Below, piece after piece: positions 9,556-17,843 of a stretch of DNA of 64,000 nt (position 1 is its first letter; each line of letters begins with the position of its first letter). The notes under the pieces were generated by a model. It did no database searches. It was given only the letters and a program-made list of their open reading frames with translations, and was not told where the DNA came from. Source of the stretch: Dehalococcoidia bacterium (lineage in GTDB: Bacteria > Chloroflexota > Dehalococcoidia > Lucifugimonadales > QGNO01). Where the stretch lies: assembly GCA_965248955.1 (NCBI GenBank), contig OZ252212.1:642668-706667 (forward strand). The letters are read 5' to 3'. The position numbers and the translations under genes were made by a program.

Positions 9556-10538
9556 TACTCTGCGGCGCGTCCGCTGATCCGGGTGCCGGGTACTTCTACG
9601 CTATCCAGAATCTGCTTTATAAGGCGCCGGTCATCCACACCCTGCATTCTTGAAGAGGCGGTAAGCACCAGCCTGTGTGCAAAGACCGGCTCCGCCAGCT
9701 CTTTCACATCGTCCGGAAGAACGTAGTCACGGTTGCGAAGCAAAGCCTGGGCCTGAGACGTCCTCTGCAAGGCCAGCGAAGCCCTGGGTGAAGCGCCAAG
9801 GGACACGTCGCGGTGACTTCTCGTAGTATCCGCCAGCGTGACTATGTACTGCTTGACGAGAGGGTCGACGTATACTTCACGAGCCTTCCGCTGCAGAGCG
9901 AGCACCTCTTCCGGGCCTGCCACGGACTCAAGCTCGTCGAAGGGGTGGGTGAACTGCTGTCCATCCATTATGGATACTTCGTCATCGAAGCCCGGATAGC
10001 CAAGGTGAATCCGCAGCAGGAAGCGGTCGAGCTGGGCTTCCGGAAGGGGGAAAGTGCCTTCGTATTCAATGGGGTTCTGCGTAGCCATTATCATGAAGGG
10101 CTGCGGCAACGGATGGGTGACGCCCTCCACGGTTATCTGATTTTCTTCCATGGCTTCCAGCAACGCCGACTGGGTCTTGGGAGTGGCCCGGTTTATCTCA
10201 TCGGCTAGTACTACCTGGGCGATGATGGGCCCGGGCCGGAACTCGAAGCCGCCGGTCTTCTGGTTGTAGACGGATACGCCCGTGATGTCGCTGGGCAGCA
10301 GGTCCGGGGTGAACTGCACTCTGCTGAAGGAGCAACCGGTGGAACGGGACAGGCTCTTGGCAAGCATTGTCTTACCCACGCCGGGCACGTCTTCTATGAG
10401 GACGTGCCCTCTGCTCATCAGCGCAATTACGCCCAGTCTGATGGCGTCGTCCTTGCCAATGATCACCCTGTTGATGTTCTCAATGATGCGCTCGGCGACT
10501 ACGTCAGCCTGGGTTTCCTCTTGCTTAACGTCTGTCAT
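9555..10538 (-). CDS. MoxR-family AAA+ ATPase
   Basis: Walker [14 protein letters not shown], Walker [10 protein letters not shown], and a MoxR-like C-terminal lid. 327 aa. Confidence 0.9.
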   Translation of the reverse strand: MTDVKQEETQADVVAERIIENINRVIIGKDDAIRLGVIALMSRGHVLIEDVPGVGKTMLAKSLSRSTGCSFSRVQFTPDLLPSDITGVSVYNQKTGGFEFRPGPIIAQVVLADEINRATPKTQSALLEAMEENQITVEGVTHPLPQPFMIMATQNPIEYEGTFPLPEAQLDRFLLRIHLGYPGFDDEVSIMDGQQFTHPFDELESVAGPEEVLALQRKAREVYVDPLVKQYIVTLADTTRSHRDVSLGASPRASLALQRTSQAQALLRNRDYVLPDDVKELAEPVFAHRLVLTASSRMQGVDDRRLIKQILDSVEVPGTRISGRAAE

Positions 10539-10681
10539 GTTGCCCCCGGTTAGTTTGCAGGATCCCGTACCTGCTCGCGGCGCCTGAAGCGCCTAGGCGT
10601 CTATTCGATCCCTCGCTTTTTGCAAGGGAGATTATAACCTGGATTGGGTATAGTATCATGAAATGCGGGCGCAAGGGGACT

Positions 10682-10717
10682 GCACCACGAACTTTCCGCC
10701 GGGAGGTGTATTCATAG
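10682..10717 (+). repeat. Imperfect direct repeat, left copy (pairs with 11610-11645)
   Basis: gcaccacgaactttccgccgggaggtgtattcatag versus gcaccccgaactttctggtgggaggtggcgatatag. The 27-nt core differs at 4 positions by my alignment. Confidence 0.5.
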
Positions 10718-10756
10718 TGAGGCGAATAGAGCCGGTAGAGACTATACTATAATCAG

Positions 10757-11040
10757 TTGAGCGGACGCATCGCCGACCGGCCCCAGTTCAGAAGGATGCT
10801 GGACGATGCGGCCAAGCCGGAGGCCCCCTTCAGGGAGATATTGGTCTGGAAGTTTTCAAGGTTCACCCGGAAGCGGGGGTACGCCGTCGCCTTCCATGCT
10901 GAGACGTAAGGGCGTCAGGGTGGTCTTATCACCGAGCACGCCGGCGGCTGCCCGGCGGCAGAGCGAAACGAGGCCCTGGAGCAGCGCGTGGAGGTGTTGG
11001 AAGAGGAGATCCGAAGGGAAGTCTCGAAGAAATCCGGGTA
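10757..11040 (+). pseudogene. Serine recombinase (resolvase-domain) gene fragment, frameshifted and truncated
   Basis: Own translation gives LSGRIADRPQFRRMLDDAAKPEAPFREILVWKFSRFTRKRGYAVAFHAET*. After a frame shift it continues LRRKGVRVV..., then a coiled-coil-like EALEQRVEVLEEEIRR. The catalytic N-terminus is missing and no intact ORF remains. Confidence 0.6.
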
Positions 11041-11096
11041 GCCGTCCCTGGGAGAGGTCAAGGCCCTGGGGGCGGGCCAGGTCCAACGGCGCACCC

Positions 11097-11160
11097 CCCG
11101 TGTCCGTGCTGCATATCCACGGCACCGAGGACGACGTGATCCTGTTCCAGGGCGACGAGA
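11097..11160 (+). pseudogene. Possible alpha/beta-hydrolase (esterase) fragment
   Basis: The short stretch VSVLHIHGTEDDVILFQGD resembles the HGTxD region of esterases. There is no surrounding ORF. Confidence 0.3.
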
Positions 11161-11319
11161 CTGAGCCTGTCCCTGCGTCGCCAAGCTGTCTTGTGCAGCG
11201 TTCCAAGCAAGGGAAGCGGCGCTACGGCCGGGGGCATCTACAGCATACGCCACTATCATCTACACCTCATCATGAGGCTTGATCGAGATGCAGTATCTGG
11301 GTCTCGTGTGGCAACTTCC

Positions 11320-11610
11320 TTGAGCGTAAATTGGTCATTATTTCAAGAACCGGGGATCGAGTGCAAAGACTCCGACAACCCTATCGGCTCAGTCCAAGTC
11401 CAGATCTACAGTCAGCGAAGGATGTTCGCTCGGCGCTGCCTGGACTGGACAGACAAGCGGGACCACCTAGGCGGCGCCCTGTGAGCAGCGCTCACCAGGC
11501 ATTACTTTGTAATGGAATGGTTGCGGCCAGGCTCCAGCCCACGTTTGGTGAAGGTAACACCGCAAGGCGCCAGGGCCTTTCAGAAGCACCTTGGATTGGC
11601 GCTGGAATAG
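11320..11610 (+). pseudogene. ArsR-like HTH regulator C-terminal fragment with in-frame TGA
   Basis: Translation reads ...RRCLDWTDKRDHLGGAL*AALTRHYFVMEWLRPGSSPRLVKVTPQGARAFQKHLGLALE*. The stop lies at 11482-11484, where homologues I recall have Gly. The N-terminal HTH half is missing. Confidence 0.5.
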
Positions 11611-11864
11611 CACCCCGAACTTTCTGGTGGGAGGTGGCGATATAGCCGTATGAGGGGTGAGGTATGCCCGCCAAGCATTGTTGGACAATTTGAAACTGCA
11701 ACTTGCATTTTGTTCTGACGTTCTCTCAGGTGTGCCACGTTGTGACCTTATTAGCGAAGATGAAAAAAGTCCGCGCCGTTATTATCGCATTTCGAGTTTT
11801 GCGGCAACAAGTCTGCCAAGTGACTAGGGCGTGTAGCACCATCGACTGCGCTGCCGTAAAAATG

Positions 11865-11938
11865 TGGGCGATGGAGGGCTCGAACCTCCGACCTCCTGCG
11901 TGTAAAGCAGGCGCTCTTGCCGTCTGAGCTAATCGCCC
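11865..11938 (-). tRNA. tRNA-Val (anticodon TAC)
   Basis: Reverse complement is GGGCGATTAGCTCAGACGGCAAGAGCGCCTGCTTTACACGCAGGAGGTCGGAGGTTCGAGCCCTCCATCGCCCA. It folds as a cloverleaf by hand with anticodon loop TT-TAC-AC. No CCA is encoded. Confidence 0.9.
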
Positions 11939-11958
11939 ATGCTATGAGAATTAAAGGG

Positions 11959-12035
11959 TGGCACGCTTGGCGGGGCTCGAACCCGCAACCTCTGGCTCCG
12001 CAAGCCAGTGCTCTATCCAATTGAGCTACAAGCGC
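11959..12035 (-). tRNA. tRNA-Arg (anticodon GCG)
   Basis: Reverse complement is GCGCTTGTAGCTCAATTGGATAGAGCACTGGCTTGCGGAGCCAGAGGTTGCGGGTTCGAGCCCCGCCAAGCGTGCCA. Anticodon stem CTGGC/GCCAG, loop TT-GCG-GA, A20 in the D-loop, CCA encoded. Confidence 0.85.
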
Positions 12036-12073
12036 TCGATGCCTATATCGAATTGAGACAATTCAATTATACC

Positions 12074-12161
12074 TGGTGCCGAAGGGGAGATTTGAACTCC
12101 CACGCCCTTACGGGCACTACGCCCTGAACGTAGCGCGTCTGCCGTTCCGCCACTTCGGCGC
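12074..12161 (-). tRNA. tRNA-Leu (anticodon CAG)
   Basis: Reverse complement is GCGCCGAAGTGGCGGAACGGCAGACGCGCTACGTTCAGGGCGTAGTGCCCGTAAGGGCGTGGGAGTTCAAATCTCCCCTTCGGCACCA. It has a long variable arm, anticodon loop TT-CAG-GG, and an encoded CCA. Confidence 0.9.
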
Positions 12162-12182
12162 TGCAAGTCTGCCACTGCAATA

Positions 12183-12259
12183 TGGTGGGCGATCCTGGAC
12201 TCGAACCAGGGACCTCAGTCTTATCAGGACTGCGCTCTAACCAGCTGAGCTAATCGCCC
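12183..12259 (-). tRNA. tRNA-Ile (anticodon GAT)
   Basis: Reverse complement is GGGCGATTAGCTCAGCTGGTTAGAGCGCAGTCCTGATAAGACTGAGGTCCCTGGTTCGAGTCCAGGATCGCCCACCA. Anticodon loop CT-GAT-AA, CCA encoded. Confidence 0.9.
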
Positions 12260-12332
12260 TTGTAAACTTGAAGTGGTTGCCCTGGAATAATCTCAGTCTA
12301 ATGCTCACACTCTCCAGGGACCATCTCAAGGC

Positions 12333-12361
12333 AGTATAGAAATGGGTCAATGGGGTGTCAA
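12333..12361 (-). promoter_or_regulatory. Candidate sigma70-type promoter of the tRNA operon
   Basis: The minus strand reads TTGACA, a 17-nt spacer, then TATACT. It lies about 70 nt upstream of tRNA-Ile and overlaps the tlyA stop. Confidence 0.45.
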
Positions 12362-13098
12362 GTTGAACCGAGCCTTTGCAGCCAGACAAAGAACTCCCTG
12401 TTCCCCGCATTGCCCAGTATGGGCGATGCGGTCGCTCCCCTAAAGCGCAGGCCGTGGTCAATTGCCCATAGCGCTACCTTGGACACAGTTGCAGCGTGTA
12501 TCTTCGGGTCGCGCACTACGCCTCCCTTGCTCACCTCGTGCCTCCGCGCCTCAAAGTGCGGCTTGACGAGTCCCAGGATTGATCCGCCCCGTTCCACGTG
12601 CCGCACCACTTCAGGCAGCACCATGACCAGCGAGATAAACGACACGTCTACAGCGGCGATGCTCACCTTTTCCGGCAGATGGAACGGACGGCGGGCATTG
12701 ATTCCCTCCATGAGCACGACTCTAGAGCTATCGCGCAGCCTCTGGTGAATCTGGCCCCGTCCCACGTCCACGGCGTAAACCCTGGAGGCGCTGCTCTGCA
12801 AGAGGCAATCCGTAAAGCCGCCGGTGGAAGCGCCAACGTCCAGGGCTACGTTGCCGGACACGTCCAGCTCAAAGCTATCCAAGGCATGCTTTAGCTTGAT
12901 GCCTCCTCTGCCCACGAATTGGGGCGCTTGCTTCACCCGGATGTCGGATTCGGATGAGACCATCGTTCCCGCCTTTTCCACCATCCGGCCATCCACGGTG
13001 ACCAGGCCCGCCATCAGCAAGGCTTGGGCTTTGTGCGGGCTCTCGGCAAGTCCTTGCCGCACGAGCAACGAGTCTATCCTCTCTTTTTTGCTGGGCAT
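12358..13098 (-). CDS. tlyA: TlyA-family 23S/16S rRNA (cytidine-2'-O)-methyltransferase
   Basis: S4-like N-terminus RIDSLLVRQGLAESPHKAQALLMAGLVTVDG plus an FtsJ-type SAM motif ALDVGASTGGFTD. The start was taken at the internal Met (13098). Confidence 0.85.
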   Translation of the reverse strand: MPSKKERIDSLLVRQGLAESPHKAQALLMAGLVTVDGRMVEKAGTMVSSESDIRVKQAPQFVGRGGIKLKHALDSFELDVSGNVALDVGASTGGFTDCLLQSSASRVYAVDVGRGQIHQRLRDSSRVVLMEGINARRPFHLPEKVSIAAVDVSFISLVMVLPEVVRHVERGGSILGLVKPHFEARRHEVSKGGVVRDPKIHAATVSKVALWAIDHGLRFRGATASPILGNAGNREFFVWLQRLGST

Positions 13099-13221
13099 GG
13101 CGATTATTCCTTGGGTATACTGCGCGGCGCGCCCTGGAGTTGCACACAATATACCTATCGACTCGGGGAATCGCTAGGCAGCCAGTAGGACGGACGGGCA
13201 TACCGACATCCTACTCCTTGG

Positions 13222-13250
13222 TTGAACCTGTGCATCCCATCACATACAAT
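13222..13250 (+). promoter_or_regulatory. Candidate promoter (TTGAAC-17 nt-TACAAT)
   Basis: The hexamers are read directly and lie about 45 nt upstream of ATG 13297. Confidence 0.45.
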
Positions 13251-13296
13251 CAACGTATGTTTTCCTCGGCATGTTTCTAGCCGGATTGGCACAACT

Positions 13297-14076
13297 ATGA
13301 GTAAACTGCTTGAACGACTGGAACAGGTGAACAAAGGCCCCGTCCGTGCGCTGGGATTCGCACCACGACGAGAAGCAGAGACGTTGCCCACAATGCTGCT
13401 CTTGGCTTGGGCGGATGGCGCCAGCAAGCAGAAGCTGAACAAAGTTTCCCCACGCGCGGATGCCCTGGTGCTGCCTCTCAGCGCGCTGGAAAGCTCCCCA
13501 AGCAAGTCCGCTCCACCGGAAGGGGTCGTCTGGGGCATCGCTTTCGACACGGCAGATGGCAACTTGGTGGAAATCGCTAAGGAAAAAGGCGGCGACTTTG
13601 TAATCTTCAACCTCGATGGCGTCCTGGTCGACTACTTGAGCGAGGGCGACGTGGCACGCGTACTGCAGATACACGCCAACCTGGAAGAATCGTTGATGCG
13701 CGGGCTGGAAGACCTTCCCGTGGACGTCATCCTGCTGAAACGTCCTGAACCACAGGGGCCGCTCTCCCTAACACACCTGCTGGCCATATCCAACGTTCGC
13801 TCCGCCATGAGCCGCTACATGCTGCTTGAATGGGACGCCGGCTTGACATCCCACGAACTTGAGCAGCTGAACGACATGGGAATCGACGGCATAGTGGCGA
13901 ACCTGGGCAAGATGAATGCCTCAGCCATAGGTGAGCTGAAAGAGAACATCGACAAGCTGCCGCCGCGCAAGGCGCGCAACGAGCAAAAGCTGGGCCCCAC
14001 GCTGCCTAGAGCGCAGGAGCCGGCATCCCCACACCACCACCACGAGGAGGACGAGGAGTTAGAGGAAGAGTTCTAG
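13297..14076 (+). CDS. Hypothetical protein with acidic His-rich C-terminal tail
   Basis: 259 aa from MSKLLERLEQ. It shows an alternating beta/alpha-like pattern and ends SPHHHHEEDEELEEEF. I recognise no motif. Confidence 0.6.
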   Translation: MSKLLERLEQVNKGPVRALGFAPRREAETLPTMLLLAWADGASKQKLNKVSPRADALVLPLSALESSPSKSAPPEGVVWGIAFDTADGNLVEIAKEKGGDFVIFNLDGVLVDYLSEGDVARVLQIHANLEESLMRGLEDLPVDVILLKRPEPQGPLSLTHLLAISNVRSAMSRYMLLEWDAGLTSHELEQLNDMGIDGIVANLGKMNASAIGELKENIDKLPPRKARNEQKLGPTLPRAQEPASPHHHHEEDEELEEEF

Positions 14077-14131
14077 CTCCTCATCCCAGCGCTTTGATCT
14101 GCAAATATCTCTCCGGTAGGTCGTCGCCTGC

Positions 14132-14848
14132 ATGCTGTTAGGTTACCTGGACCTGCTTTTCTCCGATCCCCTTACCTTCCTCCGCATCTTCCCCGTGGTG
14201 GCGTTCACCGTGGGACTCGCTCTGCTTGTGGCAATAACCATCCACGAGTTCAGCCATTCGCTGGCGGCCTATCTGCTGGGAGATAGCACGTCCAAGAGAC
14301 TGGGCAGATTGTCGCTCAATCCGGTCCGTCACTTAGACCCCGCGGGCACGGTGCTGTTATTCCTGGTGGGATTTGGCTGGGGCAAGCCCGTACCCGTGGA
14401 CGACAGAGCGTTGAAGGGCGGACGGCGGGCAATGGCGATTGTGTCAGGCGCAGGGCCTGTATCCAACCTGCTCACGGCGGTGGCATTCACTGTGCCAATC
14501 AAGCTGGGACTCCTTGACTGGCCGTTCAGGCTCTTTACCACCCGCCTGTTGGAAGACGGCCTGGAAGGATTCCTGGCCCGCACGGTGGCTACCATAGTCC
14601 TTTTCAGCATAATCCTCGCCGTCTTCAATCTGATCCCGGTGGCGCCGTTGGATGGTTCCGGAGTGGTCGCAGGGCTGCTGCCCGCCAGCATGGCGCGCAG
14701 CTTTGCTAGGTTCCAACGTTACGGGCCGCCTCTGCTCATGCTGGCCATAATGTCGGATATACTATTCGGGGTGGGCATAATCCGTAGCGTCATCAACCCT
14801 GTGATAAACTACCTGGGTACCGTCATAGTGGGACAGAGCTTCCTCTGA
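14132..14848 (+). CDS. Site-2 protease family (M50) membrane metalloprotease
   Basis: HEFSH zinc motif within TM1, multiple TMs, and the distal motif NLIPVAPLDG. Confidence 0.85.
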   Translation: MLLGYLDLLFSDPLTFLRIFPVVAFTVGLALLVAITIHEFSHSLAAYLLGDSTSKRLGRLSLNPVRHLDPAGTVLLFLVGFGWGKPVPVDDRALKGGRRAMAIVSGAGPVSNLLTAVAFTVPIKLGLLDWPFRLFTTRLLEDGLEGFLARTVATIVLFSIILAVFNLIPVAPLDGSGVVAGLLPASMARSFARFQRYGPPLLMLAIMSDILFGVGIIRSVINPVINYLGTVIVGQSFL

Positions 14849-14870
14849 ATAAGCGGCAACGGGAGGGATC

Positions 14871-15917
14871 GTGGACAAGATAACCATCATAGGGCTAGGG
14901 CTAGTTGGCGGCTCCATAGGCCTCGGGCTCAAACAGAGAGCGCCGGACAGGGTCGAGGTATCGGGATACGACAAGGAGTTGAATACCGGCCGCAAAGCCG
15001 AGAAGCTGAATGCGGTGGACAAGGCGCATTGGAAGCTGGAGGACGCGGTCAAGGACGCCAAAATGGTGATCATCGCCACTCCCGTGCTCGCGATACGGGA
15101 GATGCTTGAGTTGATCTCCGACATGGTTCCGCCGGGCTGTGTGGTGACCGACACCGGAAGCACCAAGGCCGAAATACTGAACTGGGCGGAAGAGTATCTA
15201 CCGCGAGAGGTCAGCTTTGTAGGCGGTCACCCCATGGCCGGTAAAGAGTTCTCCGGCATAGAAGCAGCGGACGCCAACCTATTCCAGAATGCCCGCTATG
15301 CAGTGATCCCAGGCAGCCGGGCCAAGGGGGAAGCGGTGAGGTCCGTGCTCGGCATGGTGGAACTGCTCGAAGCCAGGCCCTATTTCGTTGATGCAGTGGA
15401 GCACGATAGCTACGTGGCGGCGGTTAGCCATCTCCCCATCATAATTTCGTCAGCACTGGTTTCGGTAACATCCAAAAGTCCGTCCTGGAGGGAGATGTCC
15501 AAGATGGCTGCCACGGGGTACCGTGACATATCGCGTCTCGCTTCAGGCGACCCTGTGATGAACCTGGACATATCGGTAACCAACCGCGACAACCTGCTCT
15601 ACTGGGTAGAACAAGCTATCCAGGAACTACGCCATTTCCACGACATGATAGGGAAAACGGGGGATGAAAGCGGCCTTGAAGCCCTGGGCGATACCTTCGC
15701 CAAGGTCTGGCAGAACAGGGAGAAGTGGCTGATTAGATACGAATCCGGCGAGGACCAGGACGATGACCTAGCCCCCTCAGGCCCGGAGATTCCGTCGTTC
15801 GGATCTCAGATGATGGATATGGTCGTGGGCAGTAAGCTAAGAGAGAGGTACCAGGACATACTATCCATGCAGCAGCGTCGCCCCAATCAGCGGGAAGAGA
15901 GACGCAGAAGAAGATAA
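14871..15917 (+). CDS. tyrA: Prephenate dehydrogenase
   Basis: Rossmann motif ITIIGLGLVGGSIG plus GGHPMAG. GTG start with GGGAGGG Shine-Dalgarno. The C-terminal tail is basic. Confidence 0.85.
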   Translation: MDKITIIGLGLVGGSIGLGLKQRAPDRVEVSGYDKELNTGRKAEKLNAVDKAHWKLEDAVKDAKMVIIATPVLAIREMLELISDMVPPGCVVTDTGSTKAEILNWAEEYLPREVSFVGGHPMAGKEFSGIEAADANLFQNARYAVIPGSRAKGEAVRSVLGMVELLEARPYFVDAVEHDSYVAAVSHLPIIISSALVSVTSKSPSWREMSKMAATGYRDISRLASGDPVMNLDISVTNRDNLLYWVEQAIQELRHFHDMIGKTGDESGLEALGDTFAKVWQNREKWLIRYESGEDQDDDLAPSGPEIPSFGSQMMDMVVGSKLRERYQDILSMQQRRPNQREERRRRR

Positions 15918-17236
15918 TGAAGCGCACCATCTCTCCACCAAGCCGATTGGAAGGCGTTTTAGCGCCGCCCGGCGATAAGTCCATATCCCACCGCGCCGCG
16001 CTGCTCAACTCCATTGCCGGGGGCGCCGCCCACGTCTCCAACTTTTGCGTAGGCGACGACCGCGCCTCCATGCTGCGCTGTTTGCGAGGGTTGGGCGTGA
16101 AGATTACCCGTCATCTGGATTGCGAAGTCAGCGGCGGAGAAGAGTGCTTTGAAGTGGCGGGCAATGGTCTTCACGGGCTGGCCGAACCCGTGGACGTCCT
16201 CAATGCAGGCAACAGCGGCACCACCATGCGCCTGGTTTCAGGACTGCTGGCGGCACAGCCGTTCTTTAGCGTAATCACCGGAGACAAATCACTCAGATCA
16301 CGGCCCATGGGCAGAATCATCAAACCGCTCCAACAGATGGGAGCACGGATCCAGGGGAGAGACAGCGACGGCAAGGCTCCGCTTGCCATACGAGGCGGCG
16401 GTCTGCGCGGCATTGAATATGATATGCCGGTAGCCAGCGCCCAGCTCAAGTCTTGCCTTGTAATCGCCGGCCTGTACGCCGACGGGGAGACCACTTTGCA
16501 TCAGCCAGCGACCTCCCGCGATCACACTGAGCGTATGCTGGAGAACATGGGCGCCGCACTGGTGGAGGATGGGCTGACCTTGAAGGTCGCTCCCGGCAAA
16601 GAGCTGCGGGCCGTTGACGTGAACGTTCCCACTGATACGAGCTCGGCTGCCTACTGGCTGGTTGCCGGCGTCTGCCATCCTTCGGCAAAGGTGACCGTGT
16701 TGAACGTGGGAATGAATCCCACGCGTACCGGTGTCCTAGAGGCTTTGGAATCTATGGGAGCGTGCCTCACCGTAGCCAACAGACGCATGGAAGGCGGTGA
16801 AGAAGTGGCGGATATCACGGCGGAGTCCAGCAGCCTCACCGCCACGGAAATCGCCGGCGATCTGGTTCCCAGGCTCATCGATGAGATACCAATTCTATCC
16901 CTGGCCGCTTGTTTCGCAAAAGGGACCACGGTTATCCGAGACGCCCAAGAGCTCCGAGTCAAGGAGTCGGATCGAATAAAGTCCACGGTTGCCGGACTCC
17001 GCGGCATGGGCGGCCACGTAGATGAGACGGATGATGGGATGGTGATCAAAGGCATCGGCCTCCTCCGAGGCGCATCGGGGCGGAGCTACGGTGACCATAG
17101 ACTGGCGATGACCCTGGGCGTAGCGGGACTGCTGGCCGCCGGGGAAACCGTGGTACGGGGTGCAGAGGCAGCCAACGTATCCTACCCCACCTTCTGGAAA
17201 GACCTGGAAAGCTTGATCAACGGGTCTTCCGGTTAG
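15917..17236 (+). CDS. aroA: 3-phosphoshikimate 1-carboxyvinyltransferase (EPSP synthase)
   Basis: Motifs PGDKSISHRA and LNAGNSGTTMRL. It overlaps the tyrA stop by 1 nt. Confidence 0.95.
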   Translation: MKRTISPPSRLEGVLAPPGDKSISHRAALLNSIAGGAAHVSNFCVGDDRASMLRCLRGLGVKITRHLDCEVSGGEECFEVAGNGLHGLAEPVDVLNAGNSGTTMRLVSGLLAAQPFFSVITGDKSLRSRPMGRIIKPLQQMGARIQGRDSDGKAPLAIRGGGLRGIEYDMPVASAQLKSCLVIAGLYADGETTLHQPATSRDHTERMLENMGAALVEDGLTLKVAPGKELRAVDVNVPTDTSSAAYWLVAGVCHPSAKVTVLNVGMNPTRTGVLEALESMGACLTVANRRMEGGEEVADITAESSSLTATEIAGDLVPRLIDEIPILSLAACFAKGTTVIRDAQELRVKESDRIKSTVAGLRGMGGHVDETDDGMVIKGIGLLRGASGRSYGDHRLAMTLGVAGLLAAGETVVRGAEAANVSYPTFWKDLESLINGSSG

Positions 17237-17240
17237 CCCG

Positions 17241-17843
17241 ATGTCTGTGGAAGCGCTTGATCCCCTGCTCGTTGTCATCTCCGGCCCCTCCGGGGTTGGC
17301 AAAGACAGCGCCCTACAGGGTATCAAGCTCCTCCAACGTCCCTGGCGCTACATAATAACCGCTACTACCCGGCCCAAGCGCCCCGGCGAGCGTCACGGCA
17401 TTGATTACATCTTCATGTCTCCTGAAGAGTTCCGTGCCTTGATGATGAACGATGGCTTCCTGGAATGCGCCGAAGTGTACGGCACCTGGTATGGCGTACC
17501 CCGCGCCCAGGCCGATGAGGCGATGGCTTCCGGCAAGGACGTAATTGTCAAAACGGACATACAAGGCGCACGTACCTTGCGGTCAAAGATACCGGACGCA
17601 CTGCTCATCTTTCTGGCTCCCCCCAACATGGAGGAATTGAAACACCGTCTCCTAGAAAGAAAATCGGAGACGGAAGAGGCCTTGCGGCGGCGCATAGAGA
17701 CAGCCCAGAGCGAGATGAAATGCCAGGACGAATTCGACTACGTGGTAGTGAACCACAACGGCCGCGTGGATGAAGCCGTGGAAGAGATAGACCGCATCAT
17801 TCAGGAAGAGAAGGCCAAACGACAAAAAGAGGCGCTTAAATGA
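17241..17843 (+). CDS. gmk: Guanylate kinase
   Basis: P-loop ISGPSGVGKDS and a YGT motif. 200 aa. Confidence 0.9.
   Translation: MSVEALDPLLVVISGPSGVGKDSALQGIKLLQRPWRYIITATTRPKRPGERHGIDYIFMSPEEFRALMMNDGFLECAEVYGTWYGVPRAQADEAMASGKDVIVKTDIQGARTLRSKIPDALLIFLAPPNMEELKHRLLERKSETEEALRRRIETAQSEMKCQDEFDYVVVNHNGRVDEAVEEIDRIIQEEKAKRQKEALK

Noticed and set aside
10806-11701. Multiple overlapping 69-158-aa ORFs on both strands in the moxR-tRNA gap.
   Set aside because: None is coherent. The recognisable similarity (recombinase, ArsR-like) jumps between frames and is interrupted by stops, so the region was called as pseudogene fragments instead.
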